DNA of 64,000 nucleotides from Lingula anatina. Lineage: Eukaryota > Animalia > Brachiopoda. A program made the position numbers and the translations under genes. Location of the stretch: NCBI GenBank assembly GCA_051362555.1, contig CM120643.1, positions 17,364,848-17,428,847 on the forward strand. The letters are read 5' to 3'. Under the pieces are notes generated by a model. That model was not told the origin of the DNA. It searched no databases and saw only the letters and a list, made by a program, of their open reading frames with translations. Below, one piece after another: positions 25,874 through 39,248 of this stretch (position 1 is its first letter; each line of letters begins with the position of its first letter).

Positions 25874-28155
25874 ATGGATGCTCCCTCACCAGGGAATGTT
25901 CAACTGCGACCCCCGACGGGGATCACCAAGGTCCAGGACGGGGAGGGGGACACCATGATTGCTTACAATGACGTGGGGTTTATAGACATGCCTCCGATCT
26001 CTAACCTGGAGGAGAAAATGGCACAACTGTCCGACTTCAAGAGCAGGTCGGACGATGTGTTTGTGTGCTCTTTTCCCAAGTCAGGTATGAGTATAGGCAG
26101 TGCCAGCATGTGCCCGGTTGATTGTGTATAATGACCTAGACTTCTACTGGTACATCTTTGACGTAGGTCTATACATCTGCGAGTATGTGTATACTATATC
26201 GTCATTGTTTTTATACTATTCGTCATTTGGCATATATGAAAGCAGTTATATATTAAGAGTTAAAAGACCTGCACATAGTAGACCCCACAAGGTCAACTTG
26301 CTGGCCTTCCGTATATTTATTATTATTATAACAGCCAGCCCATTCCACGGCTGAGGTCAAGTTAAGGATAATAGGAATACAGTACCAATGCATGTTGTAA
26401 AGTTAGCAGATTTGCAGGTAAATTGGACATTGCATATGACCTACTGGAGTGTTTAACTGAACTAACGTTCTGCACTCCGTGGAACAGGTACTCATCTCGT
26501 CTGGACTATAACAAGCATGCTTGTGGACAGCAGTCAATACCCGTCCTATCCAGAGCGCGCACTGGACGATGCGCTGCTTGAATTCGAAGGCCCGTCTTCC
26601 CTCACGTCCAACCTTCCACCACCAAGAGTCGTGGCTTCCCATCTTAGCGTGGTCAAGATGCCGCCGTCCGTTTTAAGCAATGCGAAAATCGTGGTGGTTT
26701 ACCGTAACCCCAAAGACGCCTATGTGTCGTTCTACCACCAGCTGCGTGGACTGAAGTGGCGGGAATACTCAGGCACGTGGTCAGGGTTCTATGAGCTGAT
26801 GATGCAGAGAAATGAGGAGCACGTGGGTGGACCGGACAGTAAGACAGTGCTTGACAACTTTTATTATAAAAAAGAATGTTGTTAACGTCAGGTTGCCAAT
26901 CGGTGCTCTTGTTACAAGAGCGAAACGTAGCTGTTTCATATATAATTTATGTTCCAAAGTAGGCTAAGTGATTTTATCACTATACAAAAACGCCGTCTAA
27001 ATCGAAGCTCTTGATCATTGAACAATAAAATAGAGAATGATAAGCAAAAAATTCATGATTTCTTACATATTTACTGAAATGTTTGTCTTTTATTTTAGGT
27101 TTTATATCGTGGGTGGATCACACGAAGGGCTGGTGGGAATTTGCAAAGAAAAACAGTAATGTAACATTTGTCAGATACGAAGATTTAGTCAGCGTGAGTA
27201 TTTTACGAGCTATATTGTTTTCAACAACATCAGTTTAAATAACAATTAATAGACGAACAAAAATTGACATATCATTAGTGTGTGTGTGTATGTGTGTGTT
27301 TGTGTGTGTGTGTGTGTGTTCGCCCACGCGCAAAAAGAAATATCAAAGGATTTTTACTGATACTTAAGGATCATCCATCTTTACCATCATTTTTGCATAT
27401 TCTTAAAGGACCCTATCCCTACCATTAAAAGGATCTCAGACTCCTTGGACTTACAGCGAGAGGCCGCCACCTTGGAGCACATCGCCATGAAGTGCAAATT
27501 TGACAGCATGAAAAAGGCCAGAGATGATAAAGACGGTTGGGACCAAGAGAACTGGAAGATACATCTGCTGGGATTTACAGAAAAGGTAATATATTACGGG
27601 TTATAAATAGGCTTAATCCTTAATTTTGGCTAGTTGCCTACTTTTTACAGAATTAATATTTACTTGAATTCGATGATACGAGGCGTTTTCTTGCAGTTTG
27701 TGCAAAAAGGAAAATAAAGAAAAAATCTTTCAACATCACTACAGATATAAGTGTACCGTCACGTTTACGTGTTCTTGTCATTGCATACTTCAATGCATAA
27801 TTTGAATTATTTTTGTAAATTGCTCTTTCTCTTATAACATTGCAATGGCCTCACTAGCATATTGCTAGGTGAAAACCTACCACAACCAGTGGGTTTTGAT
27901 TAAGCTACCCCAATGTCGGTGTACATGTTAACTATACTTACTTTTTAGAAGAATGCTTTTGATGAATAGTGATGTTTTCATTTTATTATTGTTATCATTA
28001 TCAGTCGTTTTATTTTCTCCAGCAAATGTCCCATCTTATCTATCATTGTAGGCAAAAGTGGAGACTGGAAGAACCTATTTACTGTAGCTCAAAATGAGCG
28101 ATTTGACTCACTCATCAGAAGGAGGTTGTCGCAAACTGGATTCAGTTTGACTTGA
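25874..28155 (+). CDS. Cytosolic sulfotransferase (SULT1-like), 5 exons, apparent frameshift in exon 4
   Basis: Exons 25874-26084, 26488-26838, 27099-27193, 27409-27585, 28052-28155; motifs DDVFVCSFPKSGTH, YRNPKDAYVSFYH, YEDL, YRKGKSGDWKNLFTVAQNERFD. Confidence 0.88.
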
Positions 28156-28590
28156 TACTTGACACGGTTTCTTCAGTATAAGTTGAGATGAGATCTCGTT
28201 GAATTCAACTGAATAACTTCCTGACCGAATATCAAATATCAAGTGTCACTCACAGGAAATTGGTAGCATCATTTATGATTTTATTGGACATTTTCTGCTG
28301 TGGAGATAAATACCTGTTCAGAGGTAGGCCTATCATGACATTTTTGTGGCAATTATAAACGGGCTACCCAGTAAGATATGCATACCAAAGGTGGAAGTTA
28401 GGAACATTAAGTAAAGCAATAATCATTTCACGTTTGAAATATGTTGAAAATCAACGTTAGTTTTAGTCACCCAGTAAACACACCACGCAGGTTTTGTCGA
28501 ACAGTGCATCACTTCCGGTTTAGCCAGCTCCTAGTTTCGAGACCCCAACGTGGTGTGCCTGCTCGGAAAAACTCAAAAGAGCCTAGTCCT

Positions 28591-30893
28591 TTAAGGTCTG
28601 TATACAATGTTCATAACATCTGGTTGCTTGGCAACCTTTGCTACAGGAGCACAACAACAGCTGTACTTCACGGCGTACGATTTCAGCCAGGCGCCTCCGC
28701 ACGGCATTTGGATATTGCACGTGGTCTTCCCTTGACACAGGTTCCTCACGCGCTGCTCTATGGAAGCAAGGCTTGGGTCAGGCTGCAAGAAGAACGCACG
28801 ACTTTTTATTAATTTTTCTTCAGTTTTATTCTTGGCCACTTAAGAACAAGTTGACCTATCGCAAAGCCGTATAAAATTTTCACGAACAGTGAAACTGATA
28901 AATGATACAAGTGGTTCAATAACTCTTGAATGTTTCCGAAGGGAGTCATCAGAAGCGATACATTTTCGTCTCCATTGATATACTAAAACTGATTTCAAAT
29001 CACATAAATTTATACAGATCGGGGAACATGGCGCCGGCGTCTGACGTACCTTGCAGGCGAGAGTGTAGCGTGGCGGATACTGACATGCCGCTGGGAACGC
29101 GGAGCATGATGGGTAGCGACACACGTGATCTATCGAGATGTACGTCTTGGCTTGGCAACTGAGACACAACAGGGGATCTCGAGTGCAGTCGAAGGCGCGC
29201 AGTGGGGCCTTCAGGGCTGTTTGTATAATAAATGTGCAATCAAGTTCAAAATATGAATGCATGCCATTGCGATTAAATCAGTGGGTTTTTTTTAAGGCGG
29301 ACAGCTAAAACTAAAACATACTTGTTAGGATAAGCACAACGGACGTTATTTGTCTCCCCACTCTTCTCTAAAATCGCTATTGTTAAATACTCGCATCAAA
29401 ATTATTTACTGAAGATAATATAAAAATGTGATTAACAATATATTATACATTATATACAAATGGTGAAATAAGTTCTAAACTTCCCCTGCTTGACACTGCA
29501 TGATAGTGACGTCAATCACATGCGGCATTACGGTGAGATATCACCATGACGTCACAGGGTACTTACGATTGCAGCAGTGAGTGTTACATGGTCGACTTTG
29601 ACTCGTATCACCCTCGCAGTTTCCTCGTCCACATGTGCGAGACCTCGTTTGAATACCACTGTCACACGATTTTGAACACGCGGTCCACGAGCCCCAAAGA
29701 CTCCAACCAGTGAAATTATTAACATCTGGAATATCAATGTATAACATCGCATAAAACGAATAATAGAAAACGATTATTCAAAGAGTTTATTGTCGATCAT
29801 AATGAAGTCTCATAAACCCATGAAATATATGCTGCTCAATATGTGCCAGAAAAATGATATTCCAATACCCTATTCAAGAATAACAAAAACTATTTAATAC
29901 GCTGCGTGTAAGACACAACACGACAATAAGTCATCATTTTTAAAACTCGTAATGCACCCGTGCATTTTGCATATTCCAAAACAAAACGCCCGATTCAGTC
30001 ACTGTCAATAACGATAGGACAGAAAGAATGTTGTGGTCTAATGAAATAAGGGTAATGCAAACATAGTTTTAAGAAGTTCACGGCTGGCAATGAAATTAAT
30101 TATGAGAACTTGTGTTGTGGGTAACTGTATATAAGAGAAAGATACTCATAAACGAATCTAAAAGATTTATAACATACCTGGATCTGGACATTCGTTCTTG
30201 GAGATGCACTGGCCGTTGTGAAGTATGAGGCGACGGAGGGGGCATCTACACTTAGGATTGCAGTTCAGTCGGCACTTGATGGGCGTTTTGACCTTCTCAC
30301 ACGTGGCATTACAATCCAGACCGCATCTCTTAAAAACTTGACCACCAGTGCATACTGGACACTGGTCGTAAGTAACACACTGACCATTGTGCCATATAGG
30401 CTTGTCCGTGGGACATTCACACTTCTGAACACACTGCAATGTACATGGCGTTAGTTTGTTCCAGTTTTCGCAAGTGACGTCACAAGCTGATCCGCACTCT
30501 GTGTAGATTTGACCCCCGGAACATTTTGGGCATTTGTCAGTAGTAACGCATTGACCCCGGAACCATACTGGTTTGTCTGTTGGGCACTGACACCTTTCGA
30601 CGCACATTTTGTGGCAAGGTACAGGCGAGTCCGGATTTTCACAAGTGACGTCACACGCAGAGCCGCAAACTTTGTAAACCTGCCCGCCTGTGCACACAGG
30701 GCATCGGTCTGCTGTTACGCACTGTCCTTTGTACCAGACTGGTTTGTCACTGGGGCACTGGCACCTCCTGACACATTGCTTGGTGCATGGAATAGGCGAG
30801 TTCACGTTCTCACACGTGACGTCACAAGCTGAACCACACTCTTTGAAGACTTGTCCACCGGTGCATTCCTCTGAGGAAGTAAATTCCAGTCAA

Positions 30894-30929
<36 letters not shown>

Positions 30930-33900
30930 TATTATGCAGTTCTGTTTACTTTAATATTAACAATAATCTCAATACAAAAGATTTAACTTCATACCTAACA
31001 TTTACCTGTGGATGCTTGACACAAGTTACGTAATAATTCTAAAGCACACAACCGAAGAACCGAATGAACCAATGCTGACACAAACTAAGTGAACTGACTT
31101 CTGCCAGTCAGCTAGATTTTAATGTTTTGATTGGTGCAAAAACCTCCCAGTGCTGTTCCTGTCGCTCGACCTCCATTCTGCGTATTTGTACTATTTTCAT
31201 TTTCTGTTTTATTATTTAAGAATCAATTTTTTATTTTAAGTCACAAAGCCATTACAACTATTAAATGTCACAGACAATATCATGTTCTAACACATATTTC
31301 GATTAATTGGTAAATAAGTTTTCCGAAAAAAAAAGCATGCAATAGGCAAAATGAAAGTAAGGTTGATGCTTTTTGGTTTTTATTTCTTTATGCACTCAAA
31401 TCATGGTATGATGCCATTTAACTCACCTGGAGGTGGTTTCACTTCGTCTTCTGTCTGACAGCAACACCTGTACTGCACCGCCATCGACTTCAACCAGGGT
31501 CCTCCACATGGCATTGGAACCTTGCAGTCAGGCTTGCCCTGGCACATGGTTCTCAATCGGCGTTCTATTAACGCCAGACTCGGATCGGGCTATGTATAAA
31601 GTGTATACATGTAAAAGCAACTTTTTTACGCTATTTTTGTAAAAACAGCGAAGAGAACTTGCAAATATGGCGAAGTTCTATTCATTGTTCAAATTTTTAA
31701 AACTATTATCATCATTATTAAAAATAATGAAATTTACTTTTTTTTGGTTGGTATTGACAGCGATATCGGACAAAAGCCACTTTTGCAAATATGTATACAA
31801 CCTGGACATTTCTACAGCATCGAGTTTTCAAAACTTGCCGCGAGATGTGAACATTTCGTTTTTTTTTTAATATTTTTCTTCGAAATTGAAGAGTTAAATG
31901 GGCTCTAGTGAGTGTGCAAAAGTAGTCATTGATCAATTACCACGAACCTTGCAGGCCAGAGAAAACCGAGGCGGATAGCGACAGGCTTCCGGGAACACTG
32001 AACATGGCGGATAGCGACACACGTGGTCAATAGAGATGTTACCGCCGCCATAACAGCTAAGACACAGCCAGGGGTTTCTGGTGCAGTCATATCCTCGAGG
32101 CGGGAACTTAGTGGCTGCAAAGAACAGAATATTGCATAATACATGTACTTTGTTCAAAGGCATACGTTATATTATTATTATTAATTATTATTAAACCTTA
32201 ATTCATACAGTAAATTAATTAATTTCCCTGGATATTTTCAGCAATATTTTCTTTATCATTAAGGTATAAGGTATAGACGAGAAATATACTTTTTGGAACA
32301 GCTGTTTAAGGCCTAACATGTATAATGTATACATGCGAGCAGGTTATTTAAGCCTGTGGTACTCTTGTATGACTGGATAAAAAGTAAGAGATAGCTGATG
32401 GATTGGAGAGGATGGAGTAAATAGCTAACAATTCATAAAGATCAAAATATTTTCTGTTGGGGAGGGGGGGCGAAAAAAACAAACAAAAAAAAAAAAAAAA
32501 CGAAAAAACGGCGTAAATGGCGACGCTTACCAAAGCAGCATTGAGTATTACAGGCCTCACTCTGAGTGTCATCTCCATCGCAGCTACCTCGTCCACACCT
32601 GCGAGATCTCGTTCGTGTTCCTCCGTCACACGTTTTTGAGCATGTGCTCCACGAGCCCCAAAGACTCCAGCCAGTAAAATTTCCAACGGCTGAAACAGAG
32701 AAGAACATTACAGGCTTGCAAAGACCACCAAACCTGGTCAACGTAATTGCTTTGTATGTGTTGACATACCGTGTTTAAACAACAGCGTTTGCACATTTCA
32801 AGTGTCTAATTAACATAGGTAACAACTTTGGAAGTCACCCTGTATTTTATATACTGAGATCCAAAGTATTTTGCACCTGCGTTTCTGACTTCAATTTGCG
32901 TGATTGATATACCTCATGAAATTAGCATATTTTTCAGACGAATAAAAAGGGACGATAGAATAAACATAGAACATAGATTACAAGTGGTTGTTGTATTCAG
33001 TTAATTAATGCCGTTACATTAAAGGGATAATAACTTCCACAATAAATTCCACAAAATTCCACAATAAATTCATTGTAAACAACACAATGATACAATAAAT
33101 TTTATTTTGCCACCAAAACGGCGGTGATCGCAATTATTCTGAAATCTGTGCTTTCCATCGGACCACGTGGACTTTCATAGATGGCTACTCACTGCAATTA
33201 TCTCTGAAAGTTTATTACAAAAACCCACACCTTGAAGAAAAAAACAATCAAATAGTTTCGAATGTCGGAACGGATCCAGTTACCATTGAAGAGTGTGGGG
33301 AAATTATGGTTTACCACAGGAAATCTTTCCCCGTCAAAATGAAGAGTTGTCTTCCCTTTAACACCGACTTAAGTACCATTTTGTGGCTAATAGGGTATGT
33401 TCTCGTCTAACTTAAATGGATAGATACAACCATTTTGATGATTAAAATATCAGGCACACAACTTAATGCTTACACGTTTACAAATACATGCCAATTTTCC
33501 CTTTAAATTGCATACATTTTTTTTTATATAAATCTGCTGAAATATTCACATCACAGGCCCGTAGCCAGCAATTTCAAAAGGTCGTTCTTTTTCTGAAAAA
33601 GTGGACATTTTACCAAGAAACCTTAGTGTACCTAGATCAATTTTTACCCAAAATGGACTCTTACCCGGCAGAAAGGGCAATTATTACGAACCACCCTGCC
33701 TACGGGCCTGCATCATAACATAACACAATTTCAATTAATTTGATATTGATCACTAACCTGAGTCTGGGCACTCCTCCTTCTTGATACACTCCCCATTATG
33801 AAATATGGGCTGGCTGAGAGGACACCTACATTTAGGAACACAGTCCAATCTACACTGTATAGGTGTATTCACTTTCTCACACGTGATCTCGCAGTCCAGC

Positions 33901-36900
33901 CCACATCTCTTGAAGACCTGTCCACCTGTGCAAGGTGGGCACTGGTCATAAGTAACACACTGACCATTGTGCCATATAGGCTTGTCTGCTGGGCACTCGC
34001 ACTTCTGAACACACTGTGCAGTACACGGTGTGGGTTTGTTCCAGTTTGCACATGTGACGTCACAAGCTGATCCGCACTCTGTGTAGATTTGCCCACCAGA
34101 ACAAACTGGACACCCCTCCGAGGTGATACACTGGTCATTGTGCCAGACTGGGGCCTCTGGCGGACACTGGCATCTCGGTACGCACTGTTTGGTACATGGT
34201 ATAGGAGATCCCACATTCTCGCACGTGACGTCACACGCAGACCCACATCGTTTGAAGACCTGTCCCCCAGCGCACGTGGTGGCTTAAAATACATTAACTT
34301 ATTCTAAGTGTCCAAACAGATGCGTATTTTTTACAATGTTATCTTCAAGTTCTCGATAATGATAAGACTTTTTGCCAATTTACCTAGAATTTAATGAACA
34401 TCCTTAGTGTGATTTTTTTATACTATTTCCTTTAAAATTAATTCAAGAGGTACTCACTGACGGACGCAAGTGGTGATACACGGCACTGTTCCTCTAGGAT
34501 GCACTGCTTGTTGTGCCATACTGGTAGTTCCGAAGGGCACTGACATTTTGGAACACATATCAATGGACAGGGCATTAGAGAATTCAAATTCTCACACGTG
34601 GTCTCACAAGATGAACCGCATTCCATGTAGACCTGTCCACCAGAACAGACTGGGCACTGTTCGGCAGCAATGCACTGGCCATTATACCAAACTGGCTTGT
34701 CTTGAGGACACTGACATCTTCGGACGCATTCCCTAGTACATATTATCGGAGAGCCCACGTTTTCACATGTGACGTCGCAAGCTGATCCGCATTCTTTATA
34801 AATCTGTCCACCAGAGCAGACTGGACACTGCCCGGCCGTAACACACTGGTCATTATACCACACTGGCTTGTCTTGAGGACACTGGCATCTTCGGACACAT
34901 TGCTTTGTACATGGTACAGGGGAACCCACGTTTTCACATGTGACGTCACACGCTGAACCGCATTCTTTGTAAATTTGACCACCAGAACATGCTGGGCATT
35001 GTTCTTCAGTTATACACTGTCTGTTATGCCAAACTGGTTTATCTTTAGGACACTGGCATCTTCGGACACATTGCTTCGTACATGGTATAGGGGAGCCCAC
35101 GTTTTCACATGTCACGTCACATGCTGAACCGCATTCTGTGAAGACTTGTCCTCCGGTGCATTCGCCTATAAAATACTTTGTACTTCTAAATATCATTGAA
35201 TATAGTCGGTATACTGGAGTAGACCTGCCTGTGTTATGCTTATTTAATAACGGCAGATTAGGAAAGTATTTATCTGACGATGATGACAACTCAAATTTTT
35301 GTATAGAATTTTGCAAGATAAAACCATAGTTACCGTTACAGTTTGCGTCAGTGTGTGTTTTCTTTTGCACTTCATCTTTTCCATCTTTTCAGTCACACTT
35401 ATATTTGTGTTTTAAACTATTAAGGCTTTATTTACAAAGAGACTGAATAATAACCATGAACATGCAATACGTGGGTGAAGCTCGCAACCGCTAGGTATCG
35501 AACTTTCAGATTCCATTACCTGATGCAGTGCACTCTTCTTCCGTGATACACTTGTCATTTTGCAAAACTGGGCGTTCCGATGGACAGTGACACCCTTCAA
35601 CACACCTGAGGCTGCAGATAAGATTGTTGACGTTATCACACGTGACATTACACGCAGGTCCACACTGCATATACACTTTGTCTCCTGGACACGACGGGCA
35701 TTCCTCCGCTTTAATGCACTGTCCTTTATGCAAAACTGGGGCCTCTGCAGGACATTGGCATTTAGGCACACACTGTTTGGTACATGGTATAGGAGTCCCC
35801 TCGTTCTCGCACGTGACGTCACACGCTGACCCACATTCTTTGAAGACTTGTCCTCCAGTGCACGTGACGGCTTAAATTAAATTATCTTTTGCTAAGTGTT
35901 CTGTGGCGTCTGTTGTATACATAATAGTGAAAATTCAGCAATGCTTTGATTAATTTTTTGAAATAAATTTTGTATAATGAAAAAGTAAACAACCCGAGTG
36001 TGCAATAATTGGTACAGGGGTGTGCCCATGACTGGACTACAATTGTATGTCATGTTATTCATGAGAATGTTGAACACTATAGTACAAGCTTTGCAAAAAG
36101 GATGACGGCTTGTGGTTTAACAACTAAGGTCACCATATATTTCTTGCTACATAGAACATTAAAACTTGGTTGGCGCTTGTTAAAAGCTTTTGTAAAATGC
36201 GCGGAGGGCAACAAATGGATAGAAACAATAACTTGACATTAGTTATTTTTCAACAAAACATGAAACAAAAAGCATAATTCAAATCAATCATCTTACCTGG
36301 TCGAGGCTTCACCGCACAAGCCTCGGCTGTAACACACTTCCCGTTGTGCCAAACAGGCAAGTTGCGAGGGCACTGGCACCTCGGTACGCACTGTAAGGTA
36401 CACCCTCTGTCCTTATCTACATTCTCACATGTGACGTTACAGGCCGATCCACATTCCACGAACACCTGCCCTCCTGGGCAGCCTGGACACTGGTCAGCGG
36501 TGATGCACTTGCCATTGTGCCACACGGGACGACTACGGGGACACTGGCATGTAGGGGTGCACTGTAGGCTGCAACCTACAGGCGGTTCCAAAACGTTTTG
36601 GCAGTTGATCTCGCAGGTGGACGCACATTCCATTCTTACTTGACCCCCAGTACAAGGTGCTAAAATGAAATCGAAACCCATAAAGACTGGTGCGTCTGAA
36701 AGCTCGTCTATACAAGACCCATACTTTGGAATGTATGACACTGCAAAGGCATGACGCCCCTGCAGAATAAGGTAATTTAGTCCAACCTATCACCGAAATT
36801 GAACAAGGCACTTACATTCTGGAGGATCAACTAGCCTGCCACCGAACAACAGGGCGCCAGTGCTATTGTCAAATATCCAGAACGAAAAGGGATGGTCAGC

Positions 36901-38412
36901 GGTGAAGGAAAGGGGCACAGAAGTTGTGGTCACTTTGGCTGCCGTGGCTGCTGCCGCTTCCGTTCCCTCTTCATCTACTTTGATGTAGGCTTCGTGAATT
37001 ATCTGAAAATCAATTAAAATGATAATCTGATGAGACAAAAATGATAACGGAGATAAAACGCATTTGTTCTGTTTAAAGATATTATTTTATTTGCATATCC
37101 ATAACATATATGTCGCTTTTATTTTCAGATTCAATACTCCAGTTCAATTTCAATTTCAATGAAGTGACAACAGGGAAGGGTTGGATCCCACATGGATATA
37201 AATGACCATTTTCCTTCTTTGTATATCAAAGTTGGTAGCTCTGGAGCCGTTTTATTGCATTCCTATCTTACATACTAGCATTGCATGCAAGCCGTCATTC
37301 CGAATTCTGCCTTGCTTCAATTTTTATAGCAATAGGGAGCACTGGCCGATCAACAGACAAAACATTTTGGCTAGTACTATCATCACTAGCAATATTACCT
37401 TTGATAACTTTAGATCACCAGGCATACCTCCTATGCCTGACAGGTCAGCATTGGACGAGAACAGGTCGGTTATCCCAAGACTCTCGAGTGAATCTTTTAA
37501 ATCAATGCGCATGTCCTCTAATTCATATCGGGGCAGCGACACGGAGACTTTCGTCTCTTGCATGGTAGAAAAAAGTCCAGACAATTCATCAGCGGTAAAC
37601 TCAGATTCAAAATGGCTGAGTCCATCACGCTGGTCGGGCAGTATAATCAGCATGCTGGCCGTTCCTTCATAAGGAATTTCTATCATGGAGGCCTGCCATA
37701 TCTCACTATGGGCATACCTAAATCGTCCAGTCTGTGTCATCATATCGACTAACGTGGGGCGAGGATTAGCAGTATAGAAAGGGTGTTTTCTTGTCTGTAA
37801 GTGGTCGAAGGGGGACGCCCATTTCCCCTTAAAATACACAGCACTTACGAGAGCCAGAATAGTAGAGGGGGTGACATCACCCGGTTCGAGAAGATCTTTG
37901 ATTTTGTCTTCCGTTTGCCCCTCGACCCATCTGTTGATCTCAGTCCTTGATTCTTCCGGAGAACTTACAAAATCAAGGCGTCCCAGTGGAGCTCCATAGT
38001 ATGTAAGGCTGTCTTCAGTGTAGCTGGTATTAAAAAAGAATCCCTGGTCCCCAAATAATCTATTTGCAATACGGAGTGTGGCGTTGTTGTTAGGGTCCAC
38101 CATGGCATCAAGAATATTCTTATAATCTTCATGATGATCGGTTATATGCTCTATCCCCAGGACGATGTCCATTTGTACTTTGGTTTTGCCTCGAGCGCCC
38201 AGTTCCAGCATGCTTAGTGCGCTATGGATATTGAAGGGGGAGAACAATATATTCGACTTTGGCGGTAACATTCGGATCTTGTTGTACAGTTTAATTGCAA
38301 AAACATTACTTTGATGAGCAAGTGGTTGCCCGGAAAGCCCAGCACTCGATCTTAAATTCCCAATCAAATACAGCAACTGTAGCAACAGGACAGGCCATTT
38401 TCGTAACGCCAT
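28591..38412 (-). CDS. Secreted serpin-TIL(x15)-TSP1(x2)-SUEL-like(x2) multidomain protein, ~1626 aa
   Basis: Phase-compatible exons 38412-37399, 37002-36816, 36659-36297, 35870-35520, 35165-34458, 34282-33758, 32689-32531, 32114-31948, 31589-31427, (31038-31006), 30870-30178, 29725-29567, 29216-29050, 28782-28591; total 4881 nt, single open frame. Confidence 0.85.
33554..33710. mobile_element. 157-bp MITE with a 5-bp TSD CATCA
   Basis: caggcccgtag ... ctacgggcctg. Confidence 0.8.
36816..37002 (-). CDS. Sole serpin RCL / C-terminal exon of the cluster
   Basis: IIHEAYIKVDEEGTEAAAATAAKVTTTSVPLSFTADHPFSFWIFDNSTGALLFGGRLVDPPE; phase-0 acceptor, phase-1 donor gtaagt. Confidence 0.95.
37399..38412 (-). 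CDS. Serpin body exon A (signal peptide to start of s5A), 338 codons
   Basis: MALRKWPVLLL..., NILFSP, VSAVYFKGKW, ends KLSK|gtaata. Confidence 0.95.
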
Positions 38413-39248
38413 CTTTTCCGTTTTCCCACCTCCTTTGACTGGCCTTCTCCACAAGGCCTTATGTTATAAAGAGACGACAAATAGGTCTAATGGTTTTAAT
38501 TCCAATGTCGGTAACAATTTTGCATGGTTTTACATGCATTCAAATACTGTGCCATCATCTTTCGGAGACAAATGATGATACATCTAGATAAAATTAGATA
38601 AACTGTACATCTATTTGTCGGTTTGCATTGCAACACCCTGGCTTAAGTGTCATTTTGACAGTCATCTGGTATTGTACTCATGGCGCCTGCCTTATGTGAC
38701 AGCAATGAGGACAACTTAAAATATAACACCATGAAACGCAGGGTGGCTCTGACGTCTTTTAAAAACTAATTAGGATTTCCACAGCATTTGCATCGGTTTA
38801 ATGTACCGCTTACGCTCAGGATGGATAAAGACATTAGCTTTGGGTTAATTGCGGACTGTAAACATTGCACATTCAATTTCCACTTTAAGAAAATTAAAGG
38901 TTTCTTAAAAGCTTTAATGGCTGTGACTAATAGCGGCAGGTGATATTTTGTTCTGTTTGCCATATAGACTTTCACGTCAATATTAAAAGATTTTATCTAC
39001 TGCCAACGGTTAAATAAAATGTACGGTCGCAGATGCAGAACCAATACATTAAGTTACGAGGGCAACAAAATTACACCACCTACCGTATCCTTACGAGCTA
39101 AACAACTCATAGGGACACGACTATTTCAGGTGTTTCTCAGCGAATTCAGTCTCTGCAAGTAAAGTAGATGACAGTCGAGGCATTTATGGGGGACGACAAG
39201 GATGAGGGGGTTCATTAGAATGAGATGCACATGTATTTCGAAGTATAC

